From assembly GCA_040954595.2 (NCBI GenBank), contig CM082596.2, forward strand, positions 7,704,468-7,768,467: a stretch of 64,000 nucleotides of DNA, read 5' to 3'. The notes below the pieces were generated by a model. That model made no database searches, had not been told where the DNA came from, and worked only from the letters and a program-made list of their open reading frames with translations. The stretch comes from Balanoglossus misakiensis (lineage: Eukaryota; Animalia; Hemichordata). Positions within the stretch are counted from its first letter, which is position 1. Each line of letters begins with the position of its first letter. Made by a program: the position numbers and the translations under genes. Below are positions 41,674 through 54,384 of this stretch, one piece after another.

Positions 41674-44600
41674 GCCTATGACATTAGTAAACTGTTATTT
41701 TCAACAACTACTGGTACATATTTATTACATGACAAACTTTTTTTCCTCAATATTCACACAATGTCCAAATGTCTGTTAATCCGCTGTACGTTAGTATATC
41801 ATTTGTGCACTCAAACTTGCAATTCACAGTGTCGAAACAATTGACTTCATGGATTCTCTGCCATGTTTGTCTCTGACCTGACCTGACCTGCTATCACCTG
41901 TCCTAACCTTGACTTACACTTGAAGGACGTCTTGTACTGTTTAATATTCAATTGTTTGATTCGCATATTATAAAATGTACTGTATAAGTGCATTCCTCTT
42001 CATAGGGGACAATCCTCTTGTCTTATCTGATATCAAACAAGCCAGCCAGGCTGTCGTTTTGATTGCTGCCAGATATCCTAGCTGCATCGACGTTATCCAT
42101 ATCACAGCGTAAAAGCAATCGAATATATATTTAATCTTATGACAGCGCAATTTCCAATTCATTTCTGTAAATCATTTGTCGATATAAATAGATCCCGCGA
42201 CAGAAGTCAAGCCATTATCTTTAATCACGTTGATGTAATCCAACAAATGTTTGTCCATTACTAAATTAATCTTTGCTCAGGCGCTGACAGGATGACGTCG
42301 ATCCCCGCGTCTGAAGTTCGTACTTGAAACACCGAAGGTCGCCGAGTTGTCAATGTCTATTTGAGACAAATGGGGATCAGTCCACGCTTTATTAAGTACG
42401 ACTGGTAAGATTTTCGTGCTGAGAGTTAAAAAAAATCCTGAATTGGGTAACTGATATATGAAATATTAGTTAATATCATGTAATCTCCACCACTCCAGTC
42501 GCAAATATTTTGTTGCCAAATTCTTCGTAGTAAAGCATGATTGGGAAAATGTATCTTAAAGTGTACAGTATCACATGTTATGGTTGTATTCTTACACTAC
42601 TGAGCTGTTCATTATATATAGCATTTGTCACATAATGATTCGCTAAACAGTGGAAGTGAGTAGCCTCCCGTTGAAAATGTTTCTTCCCAGATCATTAGCC
42701 TGACACTGTTACCGGTATATCACGTCAATCAGTTAGTCAGTGTGCCTGTCTGTCTGTCCTTCCGTCCATCTGTCTGCCTATCTGTCTCAGTGTCTGTCTG
42801 CCTGTCTCTGTGACTTTGTATTTGTTTAGGAATGCATGCATGCGTGTGTATAACGGTATGTATCAAAATTTATTAACTTGTCTCTGTAAGTTCAATAATG
42901 GCAACAAGGAAAATGGCCAGAAACACGAAATGCGGTCATTTATGTGAAGAAAAAACAGTAATCGAACAACTACATCCAGTTGTCTAGATTGCTTGCCTTA
43001 ATGCACACTCAACCAGTGAGCAAGTACGCGTCGAGTTGTTAACATGGTGCTTGTCGAAACCACTCCAGCCCCCAGTGGACTTTTACTATAAAGTCGTTCT
43101 AAGGTCACATGGCAGTCCTGGGTGTAAGTTGGCTTTTAATGTCTTCAGATGTCTTCCAAGGCAGCTAATTGAGATAATTACAACGGCACGGAAATCACCC
43201 CATTAGTCTAAACGCAAAGTGCTACTGTCGACGGGTGTTAAAGACAAGCGGTTCAAACCCAAGTAACTTTTAATCGAAAGACTGATTGGAACAGACACAT
43301 AGACTCTTCCTGTTCCAAATGCAGATTAATATTTATCTTTCTATTTAGGGTACGTTGTAGTACATGTATAACAAGACTCAATAGACTGTTTTCCGAACTT
43401 CGCGAGACCCTGTGAGATTAATTTTTGCATGGCTATAGACAGGTAATATGGGAGGACATTCATTCTCATGTGACACAGAAAAGCGACACTCAGTCCAATT
43501 GTATTAAATGGCAAAAAAATCTATCTGCATTATTGTTTTAGCTCTGCTCCTATTTTAGTTTGACAATACATCACTTAATAGCCAGCAAGTCAATACTCCC
43601 CAATTAAAAGAAATGGCAATACTTTCAATTTTACTGATCATACACCACTTACTGAGCATGTGCAAACCACTGTCTCTGTGACACTGTGTGGAATGACGCG
43701 ATTGGAAAAGGGATTGGTCTTCAAAAGTCATTATTTTGATATCAAACAGTAAACAATTCATATTCCGCCATGCATGATGGCGCAGTCTCTATCTGGAACA
43801 ACTTTGAACACCAGTTCACATTTCTGTTTTTGCATATGAAAGAGGATAAACTTAAACAACTGCCAATTACTACCTTGAAACGAGTCAACAACAGATCGGA
43901 AACATTGAACACTGTTTATTATCTAACAAACACAAGGTGAAGATTACCGTACATGTATATGGATACCGCAAGACTGCAGTTGATTTGGTATGATGTAAAG
44001 AGATTCGGAATATCTACCAAATGTATGGGAAACATCTGGTAGCTTTTGTCTGCACAGCAAGAAAGTGGAATGCAGACTGCAGTATATAGTACATGACTAC
44101 AGCAGGCCCCGATCAGTCACTGTACCAATATAGCCAATATTACATCAGAAATTTCCAGGGAGAACTCTGTTCTGGATACAGTGGGGGCGTATGTAAGTAG
44201 GGTTACTGGGGGTCTAAGTAGGATCATTTTAATCCCCCATTTTTGTCGATGTGAAAGCAACCTTTTGGCAAATTTTGGTGTATCAAAAATTCATAATGAA
44301 TAATGTTGTCGTAAATATACCGTGTATTAGGATAATCTGGGTCTGCCGCACTCTCTTTGTGCTGCAACACGTTCTCATTTTTTTTATTACCACTAGGCTA
44401 TTTGTCTTCAAAATTCATGATTTTAATAATATCAAACAATAAATAATTCACCAGTGTTTGGCCGCAGAGTCACATTTTGCGTCCCTTGATTGTGGGCCTA
44501 CTCATTTCCATATTAGTATTCCCTTTTGCGAAACAAACATAGGTTTTTAAGGGGTACTATTATTTTATGTGAACAGGCAAATTACGTGTGGGCATAATAA

Positions 44601-46651
44601 GATATAAAGATATAAAAGGCGGGAACGACATCGTTTCCCGCCATCGACGGTGAACGGTGATTGCCGCGAGTTAATTTGTGGGTCGTTTGCCTCATTACCC
44701 CTCGCCAACGAGATTAACGTAACGGTAATCGGATTAAAGAGGGCGGTGAATAACATTCTGTTTAGTGCTACAGGCAGTCAACTCCCGAAGCCACGTGTGA
44801 CATTTTGGCAAAATGAATCATTAATTTCGTGAATTTGAAGGAAAAAAACACCCAGCATATCAACATGACACCAGAATAAAGTTGAATAAAGTTTCTCAAC
44901 TCATTGTCTCTGTCTTTCCCCTTTCCAATTGAAATTAATCCAATAGAAAGTGCTGTTTGATGAAATTTTATACGTATTTTGAGGCACCGTATCCTATGTA
45001 CGCACATCCTAAACTATTGCAGAACAATAGCAGAGACGGCTTGTCTACACCTGAGCATGTGACTTCTGAATATTCAAAGGGTGGATGTTGTCCCATCAGT
45101 GGCTGCGGGTGTGCATGAGTCCCAAAAGTCAAAGCGTGCACAAGGTGTAACTGCAACAATGTACATCATTGCGAACAATATGGTCGTTAGTTTGTATTGC
45201 GCTGGACAGGATGGCAACAGTGCGTTGTTACTTTTTACATGTATCACTTTTCTCTGGCGTAACCTTATTGTTTGGCAGCATCTGCCTGGATTGGAACAAA
45301 GCAGATGGTGTATTTATTTACTGAAAAATCGCACATCTGCAGTCCAAAGGACCTTCCCCCTTTAAGCCAAGTCATGGAATCAGTGGATTTAGTTAAGCAA
45401 TAACACCTGCCGCAGGTGGGTATACCCTCGATTTTGGTGCAATTCATTAATAGGCTTGTGCTACATATGGAGCAAATTGTACCCATATACTGTCTACCCA
45501 GCATATATTATAGATCCATTTCGATTTGCCTTGCCCCAACCATGTTAGGAGCAATTTACAATAATTAGAGAGTCTTGAAAAAATGTGGCTTCATGCACAG
45601 TGGCCAAAAGGTGGCCAATTATGAAACACAAACCACGAACGTTGATTTCTGGTCATTTTTTTCAAACCTGAAGTCAACGCGGTGCCCCTTTAATAACTAT
45701 CAGTGAGTTTCAACATGTATACAGGGATGTACATTGCGTATCATGTTACTATAGCATTCAATGCCCTTGCCAAGAAAACATTCTCGCATTACTGTGTTCT
45801 AGTACAGGTGGCATGTAAAAAAAATCGTTAAATCCACCATGCTCTATTCAAGATACACTCAAAGGAGAGAACACATTGTTTATATAAGATTCTTTGGTTA
45901 TCAAGCAAAACACACGCACATTGATAGAGGCTCACGTATTCCAGGCAAGATTATAAGTACTGAAGGTATACTTTACATCATGATTGGCAGATATAGACTT
46001 TACAATTTCTGAAAGTTTTCCTGCTCAGGCGAGAAAGTGATAACGATACACCATCATAAAAGTCACACACCAAGTTGAAAAGAAAAAAAATACAGACATC
46101 CGATACTACTATCCTAGAAATAAGATGCTCACCAACCATAATCTGGCAATACAATTTTGAGGTCATTCGAAATCTTCGCGTCTTCGGCACGTGTCAAATT
46201 TCAAAGGGTGAGAATTTGCTGTGCTGATCTGGATTCAGTGCTTAAGAAATGCTTCTTTTACAAGAGCAAAATGCTCTTCGCGTTTGTGAGATTCTTTAAA
46301 CACTTGCAATAGATTATTCAAGAAAACATTCAAATTTAACATGTTTTTTCTTTTGGAAAACAAGCGAAAAGCTAACTACCCACCTTTAAAAAGTGCATGA
46401 TAACAAAATAATTTACCAATTGGATATTCGGCATTTAAAATGGTTGTCAAATTTTGTCTATTTCATACAAAGGGGAAGTGTTAAGTCACGGTTGATTTGT
46501 TGTTTGGAAACTATGATAAATATAATGACATCCATTTTAAGTGTAAACGTCAAAGAATAGAAAAGATTAGAGGGACGTCATTGTTTCTTTTAAAAATTAA
46601 TAGTCCCTGAGGGTCACTTCTAAGGTAAATTAGAAAATTTAAGCCTCTTAA

Positions 46652-46816
46652 AGGTATACGTTCACCTATGGAAATTTAGCTACAGTTACCATGGTAATTT
46701 GAGATCTAGCCAATCACGGATTTTCAGTGGGTGGCACACGCGAAAATAAAGTGTTCTTTAGAACCCTCAGATACACCATTTCAGCCATATATGGGCGTGG
46801 AGGTGACCGTATACCT
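46652..46816 (+). mobile_element. Kolobok-like MITE, copy 1
   Basis: TTAA|AGGTATACGTTCACCT...AGGTGACCGTATACCT|TTAT: 16 bp TIR, TTAA-type TSD, purine start; alignable along its length to 54198-54384. Confidence 0.88.
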
Positions 46817-46873
46817 TTATTGAGTCCTCCCCTGGTCACGTGATGGTTTTGAAAAGTTTCGGTCTGAATTAAC

Positions 46874-46907
46874 CATAGACAGAACAAAGCTACTTTCAAT
46901 GTCTATG
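46874..46907. mobile_element. Mini-palindromic element CATAGAC...GTCTATG
   Basis: ACCATAGACA...TGTCTATGGT is a perfect 10 bp inverted repeat; termini match the element at 32327. Confidence 0.45.
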
Positions 46908-46959
46908 GTCTAACAAAATTTGCTAGATCGTTTCCGGTTTGATAAACGCCTAACTCAAC

Positions 46960-47420
46960 TGGTAGAATATGTCAATTACCAAACCCGATTGGCATTTTTT
47001 TTTCAAATTATCCAGTGGAGCGCGTCGTAAAGCGTCGCATTTCATTAGTTGGTTCTCTCCCATGCACTGTAGGTGTGTTCGGCGCGTCTCCCCGATTTTC
47101 ACGCGCGGGGAAACAGCGTCGTCATCACACGCGTTCTATAGAGGGAACTCTGACGCGCGCTTGAAATTAACATGCCCAGTGCCACCTTTATCCGGCGACA
47201 ATCGCCTCTTCAATTGCGCGTTTCATATCAATTTGGGAGGGCGAAAATAACACACCTCGTAAAACATAAATGACGCATTTCATAAACTAATGTATATAAA
47301 CAGCCGTGCTGATTGAAAAAAAAAAGATAACAAAAAAATCTTATTACCCACGCCGGGTTCTGTGTCACCGACGATGATAAATTTGAGCTTAATTTGCTTC
47401 GTCACAATGTCGGTAAACTG
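46960..47420 (+). promoter_or_regulatory. CpG-rich promoter-like island with TATA box
   Basis: Dense CGCG motifs 47020-47245, GATTGG (~46987), TGACGC (~47150, 47271), TATATAAA 47293-47300. Confidence 0.45.
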
Positions 47421-47719
47421 TACTTTAGAAATTTAATGATCGATCATAATGTGACTATCGGTTTCCATTGTGTTACAAAAAAGCAAACGTCATATATCTA
47501 GTCTCTTATCTTTGCTAATCAACGTCAAGTCTTGACGTATCTGTATCAAACGATCGCTTAATTAAAATGATTGCTGTTTTATTATTACCGCTGCGAAGCA
47601 GAACCAACCTGCATCCTACGCAAAGGTATTATTAAGATGTTATAAGTTCAGAGAAAGTCCGCCTGGTCCTGATGACATGTGCTCTATTAATCTTCATGCC
47701 TTCGCTTTGTTCTGTTTGC

Positions 47720-47970
47720 CAATGTGGTGTGTTTGTGTTTGTGTACATGTATATATGTATGTATTTGTGTGTGTGCACGTGCGTGTGTGTTTGCGTGTCT
47801 GATATGCCTGATTGTCCGTCTGTTTGTGTCCTGTCATCAGCTCGTTTGTCCAACCGCCTGTCTGTCTGTCCATCCATCCATCTGCCTCTCTCTCTCTCTG
47901 CCTGCCTCCTTGTCTGTCGGTCTGTCCACCTGCCTGCCTGTCTGTCAGTCTGTCTTTCTATCCATCTGTC
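47720..47970. repeat. Degenerate (TG)n/(TCTG)n low-complexity tract
   Basis: Directly visible; ends at TACCGGTA (47972). Confidence 0.85.
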
Positions 47971-50900
47971 ATACCGGTACATCGCAATATCTGAGTTATC
48001 TTGACACCGCGATTTGGTAAAAAAAAGTAATCCATCGCCAGAAAAGCGGGTGCGTTCTATTTTCGTCTAAATACAAAAAATCACATGAAGGAGCAGTGAT
48101 CCACCTTTTCAACTTGCACAACTCCCAGTGAAAGTGGGTCGGCTAAATAATGGTACAGTTTAGGCACACGTGGCTCTGTTTCAGAACTAGACCTCTGATC
48201 CACACTTAATCCCTATTCTAGACGAGTGGGAACACCTTCTTTAATCATTAAAACCATTGTGGATAATCACGGGGCATAGACTATATAGATCAATATAAAT
48301 TTGGCTCTTTACATGTGAACTTTCCACTGATACTTTATTGCGGGGGTGGGGGGCGACAGTATCTCATCCGAAAAGACCTGCATATATGCATGTAATGTCC
48401 CAGTTGAGCATTTACACTTCCACTGTAGGCTGCAGGGGGTCTGTATTCTTCACCCCCATATACCGGTATACCTGCGCTCGCAGATTTTCTACTCTGTGCA
48501 TGTGTTACTTAATATGCAAATTAATCTTGTGGGGTGTAACTATGGTAACTTCTCTAATACATTTCGGAAGGAAAGTTAAGGCCTATTCACGGGATTTGTC
48601 CCCTTAAATACAAAACAATAGTTTGCGTAACCACGTCCTACTGATGCGACATCAATTAACAACTGGTTTTTCTTCCAGGGCTTCAACTCGATATGTATAC
48701 TTAAGATGATGTAATCCATTTCTGGGAAAGTCTCATTTGCAGCGATTTGTAGTTGGGCGGATTACCAACCTCCAGGTAACATGTAGGCTTACACTTCATT
48801 AATTAAGTACAAACCTCTGGTTTGATTCGTTGGAGATTCTGCCAAGAGGCAGTAGCCGAGCCTAGCTTGTAAATCATTCGTAAAACTCCCCCACCCCACC
48901 CCCTGTAATGTAAGCATTTCCGAGAACTGAAGTTGTACCTTATGATTTGCATATGGGCGTAGCCTATCCGTCTGTTAGCATAATGCTGTGTTTTTTCTAC
49001 CGGTGTTTCATCGAACACCGGCCTGCAGAAGACATGTGTTATAAGTGCCTATTTACATTTTAAAAGTCATACATGCGCCTTGCGGTTGAGAAATCTTCCC
49101 TCCCTTAAAATGGCTCTTTGACATTTCTCGTGGAACAGAAACTTCTATACTAGTAAGGCCACAGTGATATAATTTTATGTTTCGTCGGCCAAGAGAAATA
49201 TCCAAATGATGATCGGTAAGCAGGATGAAAATACATATGTCGTTCTGGAGGGTTCGTACATGATTTGCACGTCCAGGCCAAAAGTGTTAAATGTTGTGTG
49301 GACTATTAACTGGCGTTTATCAAGATTCGTGTTTTCTTATTGAAAAGTTTGCTGTGCCAAATCCCCACACGCCGTACGACGCAAAACATGGAATTTATAT
49401 ACTTTGGCCATCTGGATGCTTCCCGGATTCGTGCTGTTCTCGCTTGGTGCACACTTGCTCCAAGGAACAAATCTCTTTACCCGTTTGGTCGCCATGATTC
49501 TAGAGTGACTTTCACTCCCCCCCCCCCCCCCCCCCATGCTGTTAACAACATAATGCACACTGTTTGCAAGGTGACCTTTTCCCTCAAACTCGTTAAAATA
49601 CCACGTAGCATATTCCCGCCGGAGGAACGTGAAAAGACCGCGCGATGTGTATGTAGTCTTCTATAAAATTGATTTTTAAGAGGCGCAAACCAACAAACCA
49701 GTGATCTGCACACGTACACGAAGTAGGGCGATAGCTCGCCGATAAATCAAACGGTTTCGGGGAAAAAGCAGACTATCTACAAACGCATCTATAGAACACG
49801 TGCACTGGGACAGAATAGATCTAGAATGAATTATTATATACGAGAGATGGCAGAGTTTAAATACTGAAGTATTGTGATGGAAGTCGCGATAGACTCTATA
49901 CACAGTCTCTACACTGCCTCTTTACTATCAATTCATGTGCAAGAGTGCACCATTTAAAGTAGTTCATAAATTTGATTCTGTATTACATTTTAAAGGTAAT
50001 TTGCCTTATCTTTGAAACATAGTTGGATCGATTCAAGGGCGGCTACCGAAAAGAAATACCTGTTGCTCACTGCAAGCTCAGGTAATGAAAGTATTGGAGG
50101 AGACCGGTTGAGTGACTCTCTGAAAAAAATAACAATGTTGGTTGCCGGTTTCTAGTCTGACAGGGCCTTGTCATTATTCTGACCGACATCATTTCCTTTT
50201 TAGTATGGAACAAGAATGGTTGGTCTTGCACTATATGTCACAAAATCTGTGAATCAAATGGCTGATAAAATAAACAGGTTTCCGAATATGGTGCTTGAAC
50301 GTGCAAACTACGCGACTGTTCTCCTGCATGTATAGAAAGAACAGCGCCACCTGCTGGCGATAATGACTTAAGTATCTTTATTGTTGGCTTGTGGCAGTTA
50401 CAAGTACAAACACACTCTGCAATCAGTCTCTGGTTTTCTGGCACTCGAAAGCACTGATAACAGCCACTACAAAGAGAGACAAAATTACACACATTCGACA
50501 AACAGAAATGAAAAGAGAGACACGAATATGGAGATAAAAAACATTTAGGTTTGAGAGACGCATGGAATTCGGAAGAGAGATTGATCAACGCAGGCTAAGC
50601 CGACCCAGCCAGAGTAATTAACCCGCAGATGACTAAAGGTCACCAAATTGACCAAGTAGTGACGTTTTTTCCAAATCTGCGATTTCAGGAATCATACCCG
50701 ATTCAATTATCGGGGGAGGGAGGGAGGAGAGAGACATATTCATACTCTTCAGTGCAGCTCTATTAATCTGTCTTCATTGCCGAGGTTGTCAAGCCGTGAT
50801 TACCTCCAAATCCGATTGCTTGGATTACAAGTGCAATGTTGGCACCTGTGTGTGGGCCTTGTTAGCGGTGGAACACCGTCAAATCCTGTCACTAAATTGG

Positions 50901-52449
50901 ATAGATGAGGATTAACCGGTTAAGTCTTGTGTGCTGTGGTAATTGTTTTCTATCTTAGGTGTTAGTGTCCCTTCAGTGGAAATTGAAAGTGGAAGCATTT
51001 TTCACACTGCATCGATTTTAAGGTATATGTATTATGTACATACATTGTAACCACACCAAGCTCGCTGGTTTTAGAGGCGAGCGATATTTAGATATTGTTT
51101 GCGTGGCATTTTGTGGCATGAGTGATTCCAATGCCATGGAGACGATGGGGGTATAATCACGGAAAATCATCCTAGGATTTTGGCACAAAACAGGGTCATT
51201 CAGCGACAAAGCTTTGCTTCCGACTAAGAACCATACAAGCTTGCAAAAAGCGTTTAACAATGAAAATTCTGTTTCTGCTTTTTTCCGTGTCACGGTCATT
51301 GCCCTGGAGTTCTTTATAAAACTCACTGATAATTTATTTCCATGCGACTTTCAAAGTCGCGCGCTTTTGCTCTGCAAGGAAATGAGACATAGTCGACAGC
51401 CCCACTGGGGACTCAACATGACTTCAGGTTAACATTTAATGAGCAAATACAGTGTTATGACGGATAAGTGTGCAAGCATGGCTCAAAACATTGTAATTAT
51501 CGTTCAGATTAACCGGGTCGCTTGGCGCTGTTAAAGACAGCTTAATCGAATTGAATTACCCGTGGGACGTACGTTGTTGGGAGTATAAAAATGAAAAGAC
51601 TTGCGACAACAATTCTGTAGTGTTTCAGATCTGGTGCAGAATACGTGATACTGTAGTCAATTGTAAAACAGAGTGAGAAGATTAATTCGGATTTAACCAT
51701 GGATATGAACACCATTTTCGTAACTTAAAATTGCAACTTCCAACTTAGACAATATCTTGTTGTTGCTTTCATGGTCATCAATATTTTATTTGGGCAACAT
51801 TGCTGATATTGATAATACGTTCGGTGGCTTAGTTTCCGAAAATATATTTTTCACAAACAAAGCCCTCAAACTTTTTCGATGCAAAATTATGGTTTGACTT
51901 ATACTACATGGGTCTGAATGACCTTTGGAACGTGTAGAGCACAGACCAGAACTGTGGTTTACTTTAAATTGACTTTTATCTCGGATGTAGGGATAAAATT
52001 GTTCGGCGATTTTCAGAAAAGAAACGTGCCCGAAACAAATACGTGTTTGTGTCGACATTGCTTTTATTACACTGATCATCGTGTGTTGTGGATTTGACCA
52101 TAATTGACAGGCCCTTCTACCCGGTACGGTATATGCGTGAGTGTGCCAGTTGGCAAGTCTAACCAATGTACCTGACCTGTGCACACACAATGTTTGAAAT
52201 ACAGAGAGCACACACCATAAGAGATGTGGTTCCGTAGGCTTGAATCCAATAGCGGATATTTACGGTGCGCCCTCAAACATCACGGCCAAATACATGTACC
52301 TTCAAAGACTCTCTAGCATTGGCTTTGACGCGTCACGTGACTTACCAAATACAGTACACTATACAACTGAACTGATGCCCTGTATTAACCATAGCTCTTT
52401 CTTGGCTAAACCACACTAGGTCTTAAAAATGACAAGAAAAACAATCTGG

Positions 52450-52900
52450 GGCAACATTTGATAATGAAGCATGAATCGATTTTCAATAAAATATTGCGAG
52501 AAAGTCCACTACCTAAATTATTTTATATAATCTGAAATAATACTTGATCCTGTAATATATCTTGAAAGAGACATGGCATGTGTTTGCTAACTAGGAGACT
52601 TTTATGATGAAGGTGGAAACCTGATGCAACCAACGATTGCGGATTATTTTCGTCGTATGCCACTAAGCATTTTTTCAAATATGCCCCTTTAGAATTCTAC
52701 GACATAACAGCAACAAGAACTTCAATGTTTGCACCACTTACAAAGAAGAAACTGTGGAGTGTTCAGTCAAGACATATTGCCCTCAACGAAAATTAAAAAA
52801 AAGTTGAAACAATATTGAGGTGGGCGTATTCCATTGGAAAATTCGGTCCTATCCTCATATGTTGATTGAAAATACACAATACGACCTACTCACCCACTTT
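52450..52900 (+). mobile_element. Possible very old L1/Tx1 ORF2 remnant
   Basis: Broken frames give II*NNT..LEKRHG..LGDFYDEGGNLM, resembling the post-RT LW.N..I...W...GI..L.D....G motif of L1/Tx1. Weak. Confidence 0.25.
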
Positions 52901-54197
52901 GCTTCCTGCGAAAGCACGCACAAAACAGAGACACACCTTGTAACCTGTGACCGTCCTTTGCAAGAACTCAGTTCTAACGTGATGCCACTAGTGCTCGATC
53001 ATGTACCCGGTAGTGAGAGCGCCCTCATTGCCACAATTTTTTTAAAATGCTTCTCTATATCCTTCATTGCAGCCTCATAAGCTGTCAAACTTGTAGCATT
53101 TCAGGTGGGATTTCCCACACAGTGAAAATGGCAAAAACAGCAAAGAACAACTGTGAGGCTGGATTTTGTAACAATTAATGCGAATTGCCACCAGCTACTA
53201 GTCTTAAAAAACTGAAGGAGCCAGTTTCAGCGGCGATAATTTAGATGAAAAAAATAACGAATGAAACCATTTCATTGAAACAACATTGCAATTATGTAAA
53301 CAACATCACTAAATTAAGTATTCTATCTCCTCCGACGGTGACATTAAATCGTCCTTGCCACCAGTATAAACTCTAATACTCTTGACACATAAACAGGGAC
53401 AGTTAGTGAGAAACCCTTTAGGGATGTTCCCCATATCCCGCGTACTCTCTAATCGTTGCATTTCGCTGGATATTGTTTACCACATCTGATCTCTCTATGT
53501 CAACGATTTCCAGGAAAATTGTGACGCCGGATTGGTTCTCTCGCCTGGATTTGAAATCTCTTCCTCACGATCACGTTCTAAATATCCAGATGCATGGATT
53601 TACTTCTGCTGCCAAATGATGTTTGGGATAAACTAAACTGTTTTCCGACTTGTGTTCGTTCAGAATTTCCCGCTGGGTTTCAAGTTAATGTCAAACGGAT
53701 CACTTGTGTGTCAACATGTTTGTTTTTCTGTCGAAGAACTGTGTCTATACAAGATCTTTTTTTCTAGGAAGTGTGTCCACCCTACGTGCCATAAAAAGTA
53801 CAAGTGCATGTACAGTACAAACTGGGTCATATATGAAACGTTGCGATTGATGAACAAATGAATATCCCCAGACGTCACGTAGTCAGTCACTCAGGATTTA
53901 TTTCTTCACTGTTTTCGAAGCAGCTATAATCACAAAGGCGTCTGAGCTATGCAATTCCTAAGAATGCTGAAGGCAAATTTTGCACAAAAAAAAGGCAAAA
54001 TGAAAGGGATGTTTTGTTGAACTTGTATCTCACTGGTGGTCATCATGCAGTGATGACTACCATTGCACATGGAACTTGAATTGAGTGCTCAGGCTTCAAG
54101 TTTGTGCTGACCCATGTCTTCACGCATAAGAAGGCAAATTTTAATGCCGTCGCTTGGGGGCGTTCTCTTTGTATTGGTAACATGGTAAGGAGATTAA

Positions 54198-54384
54198 AGG
54201 TATACGGTCACCTATGGAAAATTACCTATAGTTACCATGGCATATTAAGATCTGGCCAATCACAGATTTTCAGTGGGTGGCACACGCGAAAAAAAGAGCG
54301 CCACCATATGTTCTTTAGAACCCTCAAATACTCCATTTCAGCCATATATGGGCTTATACCTAAATTGGAGGTGACTGTATACCT
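54198..54384 (+). mobile_element. Kolobok-like MITE, copy 2
   Basis: TTAA|AGGTATACGGTCACCT...AGGTGACTGTATACCT|TTAA, perfect TTAA TSD (54194-97, 54385-88). Confidence 0.92.

Noticed and set aside
41466-41844. Poly-Asp/Gly and poly-Met/Val ORFs
   Set aside because: Trinucleotide microsatellite with no flanking coding signal.
45891-45913. TCTTTGGTTATCAAGC, 15/16 match to the 5' part of miR-9
   Set aside because: The 3' part diverges and no complementary star arm forms a hairpin.
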